Positions 32,992 to 43,156 of a DNA stretch of 64,000 nt are shown piece after piece. The notes under the pieces are model-generated. The model saw only the letters and a program-made list of their open reading frames with translations. It was not told the origin of the DNA and searched no databases. The DNA lies in the IMG/VR virus record IMGVR_UViG_3300046787_000286, positions 62,001-126,000 of that record. One strand, 5' to 3'. Numbering within the stretch: the first letter of the stretch is position 1; each line of letters opens with the position of its first letter. The position numbers and the translations under genes are program-made.

Positions 32992-33585
32992 TTAGTCCTT
33001 AATTGTGATGGTTCTTAAATCTGGGTATTCAACTAGCTTGGGTTTAACTGGAAACTCTTTAATACCTTGCAGTAGTGCAATTCCTTTGACTGCTTCTTCT
33101 GGTGTAGGTTTATAGTGATAACCAACCCTAAACTCTTTCTGTTGTTCCCACGGTGATATATTTAGATCGCGACCGTCGTATCGCATACGAATTATTACAT
33201 CATACGCTGCTTTGTCATCTAACAGTATAGCACCACCACGGCCTATATGTAAAGGCTTTGTGTGCCCAAAGCTCAAACATTGCATTTGCCCTTCGCGATA
33301 CATGTTCTTTTCTAGTCTACGTGCTGAATCCCAAATTCGAGTTTTTCTAAACTTGTATTCGCCTACCCACTGTTCATTACCTTCGTAGTAGTATTGAATT
33401 TTCAACTTGTGCATTAGCATCGGAATACTCAAGTAAGTAAAAGGTGTGAACGCACAAAACTCAACCTTGTCATATCTCATACAAAGCTCAATAGCGTGAG
33501 TGCAACAATCGGTCATGATTGCATACGGTGCGCCAGTATATTCTGCTAGTGCGATTTCAAATCGATTAATATCGTCAAATGTCAT
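32992..33585 (-). CDS. short DegT/DnrJ-type PLP aminotransferase-like protein
   Basis: DCCTHAIEL, DSA, SFGHTKPL..GRGGAIL. Confidence 0.75.
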   Translation of the reverse strand: MTFDDINRFEIALAEYTGAPYAIMTDCCTHAIELCMRYDKVEFCAFTPFTYLSIPMLMHKLKIQYYYEGNEQWVGEYKFRKTRIWDSARRLEKNMYREGQMQCLSFGHTKPLHIGRGGAILLDDKAAYDVIIRMRYDGRDLNISPWEQQKEFRVGYHYKPTPEEAVKGIALLQGIKEFPVKPKLVEYPDLRTITIKD

Positions 33586-34532
33586 TTGTTATACCAATTC
33601 CATGCATGTTGAATCATTGCATCTAAATCGTGGTGACGCCAAGCTCCAGCTACTAAATCGAACTTAGCCGAAGTAGCAGTTAACGTTGCAGGATCTCCAG
33701 ACCGTGCTGCACTGATATGAATATTAGGACGCTTACCGGTAATTTCTGTTGCACGTAGTATCACCTGCTGAACTGAGTGTCCATGATTTGATCCAAGATT
33801 ATAGATACCTGCAGGAATCTTGTGATAGATCGCCAAAGCATGTGCTCTAGCAATGTCTTCAACATGAACATAATCACGAACGCAGGTACCGTCAGCAGTA
33901 GGGTAATCCATCCCATAAACCTCAAATGTAGATCCATCCTTTGCAGCCTCTAAGAATTTAGCAATTAAATGAGTAGCACCTGGCTCTTGTCCATGGCAGC
34001 CCTTTGGGTCAGCACCACAGGCATTAAAATAACGAAAGCTAACGTAGTCCAAGCCATATGCTCGATGATATGACTTTAGAATCATGTCAATCATATACTT
34101 GCTTTCGCCATAAGGACTAATAGGTAATTCCGGGAACGATTCGTCTATTGGATTCAGCACTGGCTCGCCGTATGTAGCTGCTGAAGAACTAAAAATAAAT
34201 TTAGTCTTAGGTAAACTCTTGCGAACAATGTCCAACAACTTTAGAGTTTTAACCACATTGTTGTTGTAGTATTCACTAGGATCTTTTACACTTGGTCCAA
34301 CAAGACTAGTGCCAGCACAGTGAATAATAGCATCAGGTTGTTTTGCAATAATCCAGCTTAGAGCCACATCGCTAGCAAAGTCCTGGTACAAGTATCCGTC
34401 GCACACGCCTAACAAATGCTTAGGCGGATCTCTACGATCGATGCCGTACACCACGTGCCCTGCGTCTTTCAACAACAGGGCAGTTTGTCCGCCAATGTAG
34501 CCGGCTGAGCCAGTAACAATTACAGTTGACAT
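33582..34532 (-). CDS. galE: UDP-glucose 4-epimerase
   Basis: GSAGYIG, SSSAATYG, PYGESK, RYFNACG, DGTCVRDYVHV. Confidence 0.9.
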   Translation of the reverse strand: MSTVIVTGSAGYIGGQTALLLKDAGHVVYGIDRRDPPKHLLGVCDGYLYQDFASDVALSWIIAKQPDAIIHCAGTSLVGPSVKDPSEYYNNNVVKTLKLLDIVRKSLPKTKFIFSSSAATYGEPVLNPIDESFPELPISPYGESKYMIDMILKSYHRAYGLDYVSFRYFNACGADPKGCHGQEPGATHLIAKFLEAAKDGSTFEVYGMDYPTADGTCVRDYVHVEDIARAHALAIYHKIPAGIYNLGSNHGHSVQQVILRATEITGKRPNIHISAARSGDPATLTATSAKFDLVAGAWRHHDLDAMIQHAWNWYNK

Positions 34533-35723
34533 TTAGTACTTTGCCCCAGCAACGTGGTCACGATAGCGGTTGCCCGATCGATCCCATTGAGTACCGTAAC
34601 CAGTGATGATATCAACAATGCGACCAACAGTTCCGTCGTTCCAATCACTAATCTTTCCAGCATCTGGGTGTAGTCCTGACATTAACATTTCAAGTTTTCT
34701 GATTGCGTCTGACTGACTCCATGGGATATATAAACGGTCAGGGCAGTTTGCAAATGTTTCAGGGAAACTGCGATAAGCAGGATACAGAACATTGCTTCCC
34801 AGAGTGTCAGCTTCTGAGACTGTGTTAGAGACCCAATCTTGTAAAGCACAATTAAAAAGCACACGGGTATCATTGAGTAGATTATAGTAATCATTTTTGC
34901 TCAGGTTGTCGTAGATCTTGATCTTACCTTGCTCTGCTAAAGTTCTTGCTCTTGAGACATACTCCGGATTGTTAGATCTTAACTCACCACCTTGAAAGAT
35001 AGCAAACTCCACGCCAGGAAATCTTTCTTGATATGCTTCAGCAAGATCCATAAAGAAGCCAGGTTGCTTTTCTTGGTCGAACCTGGCCGCAAAGCCAACA
35101 CGTAGAGACCGTTCTCCAAACGGCTTTTTATTTGCTTCGCCGCCGATGCGCTCAAGAACTTCTGCTTTTCCGAATGCAAGACCGGAAATGTTGTAGATTG
35201 GAGCAGTCCATCCAGCAATTCGCATATGGGCAACCATCTCTTCGTTGGTAGCAAGAACTGCACCACCGGATGTTTTAACCAGTTCATTAACCATCTGCTC
35301 ATACAAGCCCATCCATTTACTCATGCCCCATACATGGACAAAATCGTCTGGATCAATAGCTTGAGCCAAACAACGCACAAACACCCTTGGTCGCATACTA
35401 GCAGGAACTTGGTCCATGATGTACGGCAAGGATTCAATACCTGGTTGAAACATGTCTTCGAAGTAGATGACATCTTCATTAGTGACTTCGCCTTCGCGCA
35501 TCATCTTGACCAAGTTCATAAGTTGACTCATGCCAAAGTATGAGCGACCGTGTGCATCTAGCACTTGGCCCACAACAATGCTCTTTGAGTTATCTAGTGT
35601 GTTGCCGGGAACGTACACAACGTCTAGTCCACGTGAGTCAAACACACGCTTGTTCCATTCTGTTAGCTGTAGCGTATAACGGGCTTCGTAGCTCTCTAGG
35701 CCCATATAAAATAGTTTTCTCAT
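34533..35723 (-). CDS. GT-B (GT1/GT4-like) glycosyltransferase
   Basis: ARFDQEKQP, NCALQDWVSNTVSEA donor-binding pattern. Confidence 0.75.
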   Translation of the reverse strand: MRKLFYMGLESYEARYTLQLTEWNKRVFDSRGLDVVYVPGNTLDNSKSIVVGQVLDAHGRSYFGMSQLMNLVKMMREGEVTNEDVIYFEDMFQPGIESLPYIMDQVPASMRPRVFVRCLAQAIDPDDFVHVWGMSKWMGLYEQMVNELVKTSGGAVLATNEEMVAHMRIAGWTAPIYNISGLAFGKAEVLERIGGEANKKPFGERSLRVGFAARFDQEKQPGFFMDLAEAYQERFPGVEFAIFQGGELRSNNPEYVSRARTLAEQGKIKIYDNLSKNDYYNLLNDTRVLFNCALQDWVSNTVSEADTLGSNVLYPAYRSFPETFANCPDRLYIPWSQSDAIRKLEMLMSGLHPDAGKISDWNDGTVGRIVDIITGYGTQWDRSGNRYRDHVAGAKY

Positions 35724-35746
35724 ATAAGTTCTCTCATGTAAAAGTT

Positions 35747-36658
35747 TTAAATTTTATCTAATAACTGATGAAGTAATTTAGAATCAGTTGGGAAGGTATT
35801 TAGACTGTCGCAGCGGATTTCGTATCCAAGAGATCTTAGTCTTTGCTGTACAATAGCTTCTGCAATGATGTTAATCGGTTCCCATGCTAACGATTGATTG
35901 TTAATTGAACAGTCAACTATCTGGGATAATAAATTAAATTCATCTACAATGTACTGTTGTGCTACTCGCCATTGCTCGGCAAACTCTATTAGATTGCCTT
36001 GCAAAGTAAAGTTGCAATAGTTGATAATTTTGTTAAACGAGTCTAATGTGTTAGACAGTAATTCACCATTAGTTAACACCAGCCACTCAGGACCTGACAC
36101 ATGATCCGGCGCAGTAATAAACTCAGTAACAACCCCTGGATAGAACATACTAAACCATTCACGCAGTTCCCAAGATTGCATTTGCGACCAATGTGTATAA
36201 CTGCTATTCCATCCCGACAGATTGTTTCTGTTATCACCAATGATCAGTTCGATGCTATTACCTTCTATAGGGTTAACACATAATTTATGATACTTAAACA
36301 ACAAATTTAATTCTGCTTGCTCAATGTTGGGTTGATAAATTAATATTTTTTTATCTGTATTCCAAGTTGGAATAGTTGAAAAGTATTTTATGATTTCCGG
36401 TAGTTTACATTCTTTGAATGGATATGTCGGAGTTGTGATCGCATCTGTAGATCTATCAGTACCTAAAAAGTAATCGAGCTCAGCAAGGCTAGATATATGG
36501 CATTCTTTTTTAAACGAATGCATGGAGCCATTGGGCATAATATAGCCATCGATCTTGTTTTTATGATTGGTGTAGTTATGTAACACATATTCGATTGTGC
36601 TACCGAACGAACCACTATCATAAAATACATGTATCATTATAGTGTTCCTCTTGGCCAC
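35747..36658 (-). CDS. hypothetical protein, possibly sulfotransferase-like
   Basis: N-terminal beta-strand + SGSFGST loop; AT-rich. Confidence 0.45.
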   Translation of the reverse strand: MAKRNTIMIHVFYDSGSFGSTIEYVLHNYTNHKNKIDGYIMPNGSMHSFKKECHISSLAELDYFLGTDRSTDAITTPTYPFKECKLPEIIKYFSTIPTWNTDKKILIYQPNIEQAELNLLFKYHKLCVNPIEGNSIELIIGDNRNNLSGWNSSYTHWSQMQSWELREWFSMFYPGVVTEFITAPDHVSGPEWLVLTNGELLSNTLDSFNKIINYCNFTLQGNLIEFAEQWRVAQQYIVDEFNLLSQIVDCSINNQSLAWEPINIIAEAIVQQRLRSLGYEIRCDSLNTFPTDSKLLHQLLDKI

Positions 36659-37059
36659 TTGCCGCCGTTGAATGACATTGCAGTTTTTTGCGAAAGCTCA
36701 CGCACGAGATCTCGATCAATAGATTGTGCCATGTTTTGAGCAGCAGTCATGGTGTATTTGTCGTTCCAATCATATGCCTGGCGCGGTTCATATAGTTTGT
36801 TAGTAACATTACGAAGCTCTTCATCCATGCGACTCATACGTTGATTTAGATGATGCATGTCCTCAAACATTCTACGCAACGGTCCATGATTGCGATCGTG
36901 CCGTCCTGATGATTCAGGAGCAGTTAACGCAACAATCATCATTAACTTGCGTAGTGTTTCCACCACGCGAGGATCGCTACTGGTCATTGCAGTATCGAAC
37001 ATGTCGATAAAGCGTTCCAGGTCAAAGTCGGCCTGGTCCGACTCTCTTGCAGCACTCAT
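36637..37059 (-). CDS. hypothetical protein
   Basis: start MSAARES directly after the upstream stop. Confidence 0.65.
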   Translation of the reverse strand: MSAARESDQADFDLERFIDMFDTAMTSSDPRVVETLRKLMMIVALTAPESSGRHDRNHGPLRRMFEDMHHLNQRMSRMDEELRNVTNKLYEPRQAYDWNDKYTMTAAQNMAQSIDRDLVRELSQKTAMSFNGGKWPRGTL

Positions 37060-37061
37060 GA

Positions 37062-37283
37062 TTAGATCAAGCGACCAAGTCTGCGGGCATCTTCTTCCCA
37101 CATGTTCTTTGCGTACTTGCCTGACGTGTATTTAGAATACTGTTGCCATGCATAACTTTTAAAGTTATACAAGTCTGCTTCGTTGAAGCGGTAGCCGTAA
37201 CTGGCTACAAACTCTCGGAAGTTATCTAAATCCTCGAGGATTTGTTGGACTTTAGCATTATGCTTGATTTGAGGTTTGGACAT
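37062..37283 (-). CDS. hypothetical protein
   Basis: AAGGA RBS. Confidence 0.7.
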   Translation of the reverse strand: MSKPQIKHNAKVQQILEDLDNFREFVASYGYRFNEADLYNFKSYAWQQYSKYTSGKYAKNMWEEDARRLGRLI

Positions 37284-37294
37284 TGTTTTTCCTT

Positions 37295-37891
37295 TCAGTA
37301 GTAATTAATGTCGTTATTGATATGCCAGTGGTTGTGTAAAACTTGTGCTTGTTCCTGATCTACATTCTTATTTAGAAAAGTGTTAAGACCGGGAATAATA
37401 TCATGTGCGGTTAAGTTGGGATGCCAGAAGTCATTTAATGCTATAGTATAAATGTTTTCTGGTAGTCCTGTAAAGTACGTTTGGTAAAAGTAAGGCTGAT
37501 AAAGGTAAAGTTGCTCTTCGTCAAGATAGTACGGATGGCTCATTTGGCCTAATCTATTTTGTCGAATGTTAAGTAGATATCTATCTCGAGCGGTATCAAT
37601 AGTTACAACAATAAATTTTTTATCAACGATTGCGTTAATCTGATCTCTTTGGGTTGCTAACTCTCCAAAATGACCATGTATAATGTATTCACGATGAGGA
37701 TCTTGCGCCGCAGCTTCTACTCGAAACGGTTGCACGTTTCTGCCCGAGGTAGAATGAACCTCACGTTCGCCACAGGTGTACACTTCGATGTTGAGATCAC
37801 TACTGTTGCCAAAACTTTTATCAAGGCACAGTATATTTTTAAGATGATTACCTCCGCCGCTTGGCGGGTAGGCAATTACAAGTGCAGTCAT
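37295..37891 (-). CDS. hypothetical protein, possibly sulfotransferase-like
   Basis: IAYPPSGGGNHL loop. Confidence 0.45.
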   Translation of the reverse strand: MTALVIAYPPSGGGNHLKNILCLDKSFGNSSDLNIEVYTCGEREVHSTSGRNVQPFRVEAAAQDPHREYIIHGHFGELATQRDQINAIVDKKFIVVTIDTARDRYLLNIRQNRLGQMSHPYYLDEEQLYLYQPYFYQTYFTGLPENIYTIALNDFWHPNLTAHDIIPGLNTFLNKNVDQEQAQVLHNHWHINNDINYY

Positions 37892-38334
37892 TAGATTTTG
37901 ATATTGTTAGCAGGCTGTGTTAGTTCGTATTTGATTAATGCGCCGTTTTCGCCATCTTCGGCAACTTCGATCCATACTGCACGATTAGGAAAACGTTCTG
38001 CAATCTTTACATACAAGTCGTCACTCATCATTTCACATGACTTGAAGTCGAGTTGGAGAGTTCCGTCTCTGTAAAGATTTTCAAGCCATCGTTTAAACTG
38101 GATGAACTCGACATCTCTATCGTTGTGGAATACATCGAGCCAGACTCGAAAATGGAATATATGGCGGTGAGGCACACCAAGAAAACTAACATCATACTCA
38201 TCACCGGTCGCCAGTAATGGATCAGTAGCTGCGGCAGGATATTTGTGTATTCCTTCTTTGCGGAATGTAACCCAGATCTTTCGTTCTGCATGTTGCTTAA
38301 TTCTTTCAATTTGTTCTCGTTCTGCTTGTATCAT
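37891..38334 (-). CDS. dpdL: QueD-paralog T-fold protein, DpdL-like (CDG decarboxylase candidate)
   Basis: FLGVPHRHIF fits the LxxxHRHxF signature as recalled for DpdL; DRDVEFI, SCEM. Confidence 0.62.
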   Translation of the reverse strand: MIQAEREQIERIKQHAERKIWVTFRKEGIHKYPAAATDPLLATGDEYDVSFLGVPHRHIFHFRVWLDVFHNDRDVEFIQFKRWLENLYRDGTLQLDFKSCEMMSDDLYVKIAERFPNRAVWIEVAEDGENGALIKYELTQPANNIKI

Positions 38335-38600
38335 AATGCTTTCATACTTTCTGCTGTGATAATTTTACTAAGTTCTTCGCCGAGCTTGGCATCGTCGTGT
38401 ACAATGTAAAACCCGATAAAGCTCATGTCTTTAACTTTGTTGTATGTGGTTGTTTCGATTGCAACACCACCTGCACCTTTGTACACGTCAATGCGTATAG
38501 AGTTTGATTCTAGTACTCTGCCATCACGCCCTACTTCAATTGGATCTTCGTCAATTGACCAAGCCCAGTGCAATACTTTGCGTTTTAACCATTTGATCAT
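38331..38600 (-). CDS. hypothetical protein
   Basis: ATGA-coupled. Confidence 0.65.
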   Translation of the reverse strand: MIKWLKRKVLHWAWSIDEDPIEVGRDGRVLESNSIRIDVYKGAGGVAIETTTYNKVKDMSFIGFYIVHDDAKLGEELSKIITAESMKAL

Positions 38601-39106
38601 AATAGACTGTCTTTACTGTATTGATCCCATGACGTAAATGTTTCACGACTCATCAAGCTGTGTAGACTATGTGTCCATACCCCAGGATTAGTTGCATCGA
38701 AATCGTTGTCGTCAATCTTGATCATTGTGTTGTAGTTCCACAATTTAACGTAAGGGATACTTACACGAATTTGTGGGATGAAGTTGTTATATTCACACAA
38801 GCCAGAATCGTTAAACGTTTCTACGTGTGTAATTGGAATGTCTAGACTGCACATATACCCGCGATCTAAGAAGGCGGTAATCATGGTTTCCCAGCGTTGC
38901 CATTCTAGTGCGTTCTCGGGATGGAAGCTGTGATTAGCACCAAAGAAGATATGTTCAACTCCCCTAGGGTTCATATCGAAGTGATGCGCAATATCATCAA
39001 TTGACTGTACGCCAACCACGAACAAAGTTTGTTTTCCAAAAGCAGGAGTACGCTCTACCTCTTCACCAAAAAAGAAGTTAACGTTGTCATGGCCTTCACG
39101 ATTCAT
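38597..39106 (-). CDS. hypothetical protein between dpdA and dpdL
   Basis: coupled to dpdA; GANHSF motif. Confidence 0.7.
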   Translation of the reverse strand: MNREGHDNVNFFFGEEVERTPAFGKQTLFVVGVQSIDDIAHHFDMNPRGVEHIFFGANHSFHPENALEWQRWETMITAFLDRGYMCSLDIPITHVETFNDSGLCEYNNFIPQIRVSIPYVKLWNYNTMIKIDDNDFDATNPGVWTHSLHSLMSRETFTSWDQYSKDSLL

Positions 39107-40769
39107 TGTGTATATCCTCTTCCATTTTGTCTAGTGCTGTTGTATCTAATTGTACAGTATCATCTGTGGTTTCTGCAACCTCAGGTTCTTCTAAATCAAA
39201 CAATGCATTAAATTGAGTTCGGGCATTTAGAGCTTTTTTACCTTTGAAGCCTCGTGTGCCTACAATTTCCATCCAATATGTCGAGTATGTTTCAATGATA
39301 GCTTCAGCACTATCGCGATCTGGTGCAGCAAAGATAGCTTCTACAATGTCTTGAAAGCGAGCATAATCGCCAGTGCTGCGTCGCATCATCTTTGGATGTT
39401 GACCGGCGTCAAATCGTCGATTGGCTTCTTGTACAGCAGTCAGATGCATCCAAACATTATGGCCCATTAGTAATGCGTAGCTAAAACTATCCCAAGAAGT
39501 TTTACCTTCCTTGCCATTCTTATTTAGATCACCGGGCTTGTAGATACAGATGTCCTTCATTGTGAGCATATCACTAATTGGGCTATCTTCCCAACGAGGA
39601 TACACACCATCTGCAACTACTCCGTCCGACCATTTGCGTGTGTCTGTTGCGTACTTTTTGTCGTCTGCTGATGGGGCCATTCTGTAGCTCCACTTTTCGT
39701 CGTGTTCGTATACGTTCTCGAAGTAGACCTGCCCATTCGCAGTCGCCAGAAACGGACTGGCACAATCAAAAGAAATAGTAAAAGCAGGATTGACATATTT
39801 TCTTACAGCTCTCTGAATAACAGTGAGCAATACTGCCCACTCTAGTTTACTTGTACCCAAGAAGTGCATCCAATCATGCTTGCCCTCTTGTAACAAGTTA
39901 TCGTAACGCAATGCTACTAGGCGCTTTAACACCAAGTGTACGTCACACATGTTCTGGCCTCCCATTGACCAACCATCAAAATGCGTGTCGGGATACTTTA
40001 CAGGATCACAAAACTCTTTCATTTCGTGATACCATGCATCGGCAGAGCCGTGATTATCGCCCTGTAGCACGTTTAAGAATTTTGCACCGCCATTGGCAAC
40101 ACCTTTACGATGAGCCATAAAGTACAGGTTATTGTACTTTGTTGCAGCCACAGCTTCTTCTAATGTGGTAATGCCACAAGCGTTAGATGCTTTTTTATCA
40201 TGAATAACCCATGTAGGAATATCCAAGATCATGCCATAGTCGGCAATGTTGTCTAACCATTTAAGAACACCGTCGCGTTTTTTCTGAGCAGCGTCGATTA
40301 GTTTTTGATACTCAGCCGCAGGATCTTTCTTGGTTGTTTTGCCTTTGGCATTAACAGACTCAATTGGTCCAGCTGCTTTTAACGCAGAAAGTTTATCTTG
40401 AACTTCTTTACTTCCTGGATCTCGCCACTCGCCTTCCCAAAGACCTTTTGCGATCTGGAAACCGCCCGAGTCTCCTAAGATGAATGTGCCTGGTTCGCGG
40501 GAGCGTACCATATCCTCTGACCAGTCTTGTTTGGCAAGATCGAGGTTAGCATGTCCTCCAGAGTAGAGTGACCACTTATATGGAAAGAGTCCCTTAGTTG
40601 AGTTGAGCCAATTAAGCTGTTCCATGTCCGTAAGGCCTTGCGGAAATCTTGCTGGATCCACATACTGTTCATTTCTCTGTTTGCCTATAAATGTTCCGTA
40701 GAAGCCAGAGATAGCTGGTAAGAAAACAGCGTAGTCATTCTGCTTGGCAGTTAAGTTATCTTGTGTCAT
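39096..40769 (-). CDS. dpdA: TGT-fold deazapurine transglycosylase (DpdA-like)
   Basis: LGDSGGFQ, LDIP, LNVLQG, HFLG, SFDCASP motifs; co-located with folE/queD/queE. Confidence 0.8.
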   Translation of the reverse strand: MTQDNLTAKQNDYAVFLPAISGFYGTFIGKQRNEQYVDPARFPQGLTDMEQLNWLNSTKGLFPYKWSLYSGGHANLDLAKQDWSEDMVRSREPGTFILGDSGGFQIAKGLWEGEWRDPGSKEVQDKLSALKAAGPIESVNAKGKTTKKDPAAEYQKLIDAAQKKRDGVLKWLDNIADYGMILDIPTWVIHDKKASNACGITTLEEAVAATKYNNLYFMAHRKGVANGGAKFLNVLQGDNHGSADAWYHEMKEFCDPVKYPDTHFDGWSMGGQNMCDVHLVLKRLVALRYDNLLQEGKHDWMHFLGTSKLEWAVLLTVIQRAVRKYVNPAFTISFDCASPFLATANGQVYFENVYEHDEKWSYRMAPSADDKKYATDTRKWSDGVVADGVYPRWEDSPISDMLTMKDICIYKPGDLNKNGKEGKTSWDSFSYALLMGHNVWMHLTAVQEANRRFDAGQHPKMMRRSTGDYARFQDIVEAIFAAPDRDSAEAIIETYSTYWMEIVGTRGFKGKKALNARTQFNALFDLEEPEVAETTDDTVQLDTTALDKMEEDIHNES

Positions 40770-41449
40770 TTGGTAAATGCTTTGTTGATTAAATTATAGT
40801 CCTCTTTGTACGCTTCTTTAACACGTAGTAGTAGATCGGGTCTACTATCCAATAACTTTTTAAAAAAATCCTGGAGAACTTTTGTTTCGTTATTTGTTGC
40901 ACCATAATTGCGATCGAGGTCGACGCCGGGCAAAAGGCCATGGGGTGGAGCAAAATTTTTGTCAAAATTTTGATCTAGCATAAAATACTTTCTTTCCACA
41001 TATGGTCGAATATCTTGAATGAATGCATACTGTGGCCATACATGATCATCGAATCTATAGATATTATCAAATATCAATCTCTCAGTTGACAGATTGTAAA
41101 AATTAATAAATTCTTGTGCTGAAAGTGAAGCATTTGCATCGATGTTTGCCCAGGGAGAATTGGGCAGTATTGGGCCGTTTGGACCAATTGGGCATAACAC
41201 ATACGTTGTTAAATATTGTGCAATGCCGCTGATCCAGCGATCGACTGGATCTCTTAAAATAACGCTAATCTGATTAACGTTAGCCCAATTATCGCCGGTT
41301 AACTCTGCGGTTATCCATTCATATTGTCTTGCCCAGCTATGTACATAGCTACTGGCATTTTTTGGAATGTTAAGTATGAATTTTGTTTTGCTAGGACTTA
41401 GCAACCCAGAAGCCATCCCATACCCGCGATCCTTGAGCGTTACATTCAC
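40766..41449 (-). CDS. sulfotransferase family protein
   Basis: IPKNASS (5'-PSB) and RDPVDRWISG (3'-PB). Confidence 0.75.
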   Translation of the reverse strand: MNVTLKDRGYGMASGLLSPSKTKFILNIPKNASSYVHSWARQYEWITAELTGDNWANVNQISVILRDPVDRWISGIAQYLTTYVLCPIGPNGPILPNSPWANIDANASLSAQEFINFYNLSTERLIFDNIYRFDDHVWPQYAFIQDIRPYVERKYFMLDQNFDKNFAPPHGLLPGVDLDRNYGATNNETKVLQDFFKKLLDSRPDLLLRVKEAYKEDYNLINKAFTK

Positions 41450-42168
41450 TTGCTTTGTGCCGGAAGAATGAAGTTGTATGTAGCAATGCCTGAGTTAACA
41501 GTAATCATTGCAGCGCCATCGTCACTAACTTTCATGACCTTGTCACCTGTTAAGCTCAAAATTGAGATAACGGTGTTAATTGGCCATGACCATGCACGTT
41601 TGAGTTGGCCTTTAACGCCAGGTTCAAACACAAAACTACCTGAGTGGGTAGAATGGTCGCCGAAGCTAAACTTCAAGTCGCCGTTTTCTGTTTTTGCTTG
41701 GAACACAGTTTCTTCTGCGTTAGCTTGGGCCTGCATTTTTAAACGCATGATGCTAGCGGCACTAGGTTCGAATTCAATATGCCAGTTAACGCCTTTGAAC
41801 TTAACAGTTTTTAACTTTTCATTGATAATTTCACTAGACATGAAACGGTAGTTGTTCTTGAAGTCGCCTACGGCATTTTCAAAGTTGATACCATCTGGTT
41901 GTGCATCTGCTCGCTTGGTAATGCTTAACTTGGCATTCTCTTTATACTCTTGGATGTTAAGTAAGATTTTAAGTTTGTTCAAGTTCGGCATACCAAATGT
42001 GCCAATAAACTCTGGCACAGGTCCGGCATATTGCCCTTCGATAACAACACTTCGATCTTCTGCAAGACCAGCGATAGTAGTTGTAGTGTCGTCTCCGACA
42101 ATTTTAACTAGGTCAATACAGCCTAGGTCGTATGTGTGACTTACTAAGTCAAGTAAATGATCTCTCAT
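41446..42168 (-). CDS. probable sliding clamp (gp45-like)
   Basis: 240 aa, two-domain alpha/beta pattern, FGMPNLNKL, close to PolB. Confidence 0.5.
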   Translation of the reverse strand: MRDHLLDLVSHTYDLGCIDLVKIVGDDTTTTIAGLAEDRSVVIEGQYAGPVPEFIGTFGMPNLNKLKILLNIQEYKENAKLSITKRADAQPDGINFENAVGDFKNNYRFMSSEIINEKLKTVKFKGVNWHIEFEPSAASIMRLKMQAQANAEETVFQAKTENGDLKFSFGDHSTHSGSFVFEPGVKGQLKRAWSWPINTVISILSLTGDKVMKVSDDGAAMITVNSGIATYNFILPAQSK

Positions 42169-42211
42169 AATTTTCTCCTATTAATTAGTATACACGAAGT
42201 ATTTAGATTTT

Positions 42212-43156
42212 TCAAGTCTTATGGACAACTTTTGCAAGAGCTTGTCCTCCTCTTAAGCTACTTAATGTACCGGGCTTTTGTAGCTCGATCCATGTAGTTG
42301 GTAGATTGTCATTCCAGATAAAATAAATTTCGTATCCGATCTGACGAGCAATATCCTTTACTAGTTTTCCCGGAGTGTAGCATGCATAGTAACTTTCTGC
42401 TAACCTAACTGCTTTTTCATTGTCGCAGTCATTGAAGGTCATCATTAGTCTACCGCCAGGCTTTAGTTTGGAAAAGATTTCTTGTAACCATCTTTCGATT
42501 ACTTGCACAGGAGTAAACTCAAAAAAGTTATAAGCAACACATACTGCAAATTGCGAATCTGGTAACCGTTCTAGTATAGGTCTTGAATGATCACGATCGT
42601 CAACAATTACAGGGCGCAATCGACGCTGGTACTGATCCGGGAACCCAAGGGTACAAGGAAACAACATGTCATTGCTACGATCTATTAGATACAACGGATC
42701 AAAACTAACCATATGTTCAACAAATGTTTCTAGTCCAGGACGTATGATCATACCTGGATGTAAATTTGTACTGAAATTTTTAATACGTGCTCGGATAATG
42801 CTATCGTGCTCGGCTGTTAACACAGGTCTACGATTGAGTATATGCTCGTCTGTGTCGTTTACCATTTCTTGATCATACAAGCGATACGTTTCGTCGAGCC
42901 AGTACTGTTCTTTAAGATCGATTTCTTGCTGTGCTTCTGCTTTAGCTTGCGCAACAAGATCTACAAACCGATCAAACTCGTGATGCATCGATTGGTGAAC
43001 ATCGGCCATTTGTTGTTTAAGATTAGTTGGATCAAAGTCCTTGCTGTTAACAAGATGTTTAATTTGACTTAGATCTGTATCAACTTGAGACCGTGCTTCC
43101 TCGACATGAAGACGATTTAATTGATTGCGGTAAGCAACTAGTTCACTTAGTTTCAT
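42212..43156 (-). CDS. coiled-coil + methyltransferase-like protein
   Basis: YNFFEF...LKPGGRLMMTF Rossmann end. Confidence 0.6.
   Translation of the reverse strand: MKLSELVAYRNQLNRLHVEEARSQVDTDLSQIKHLVNSKDFDPTNLKQQMADVHQSMHHEFDRFVDLVAQAKAEAQQEIDLKEQYWLDETYRLYDQEMVNDTDEHILNRRPVLTAEHDSIIRARIKNFSTNLHPGMIIRPGLETFVEHMVSFDPLYLIDRSNDMLFPCTLGFPDQYQRRLRPVIVDDRDHSRPILERLPDSQFAVCVAYNFFEFTPVQVIERWLQEIFSKLKPGGRLMMTFNDCDNEKAVRLAESYYACYTPGKLVKDIARQIGYEIYFIWNDNLPTTWIELQKPGTLSSLRGGQALAKVVHKT

Noticed and set aside
39096-40769. Canonical tRNA-guanine transglycosylase (tgt)
   Set aside because: It lacks the CxCxxC Zn site and bacterial Tgt length/motifs, and the gene context fits DpdA; tRNA activity is not excluded.
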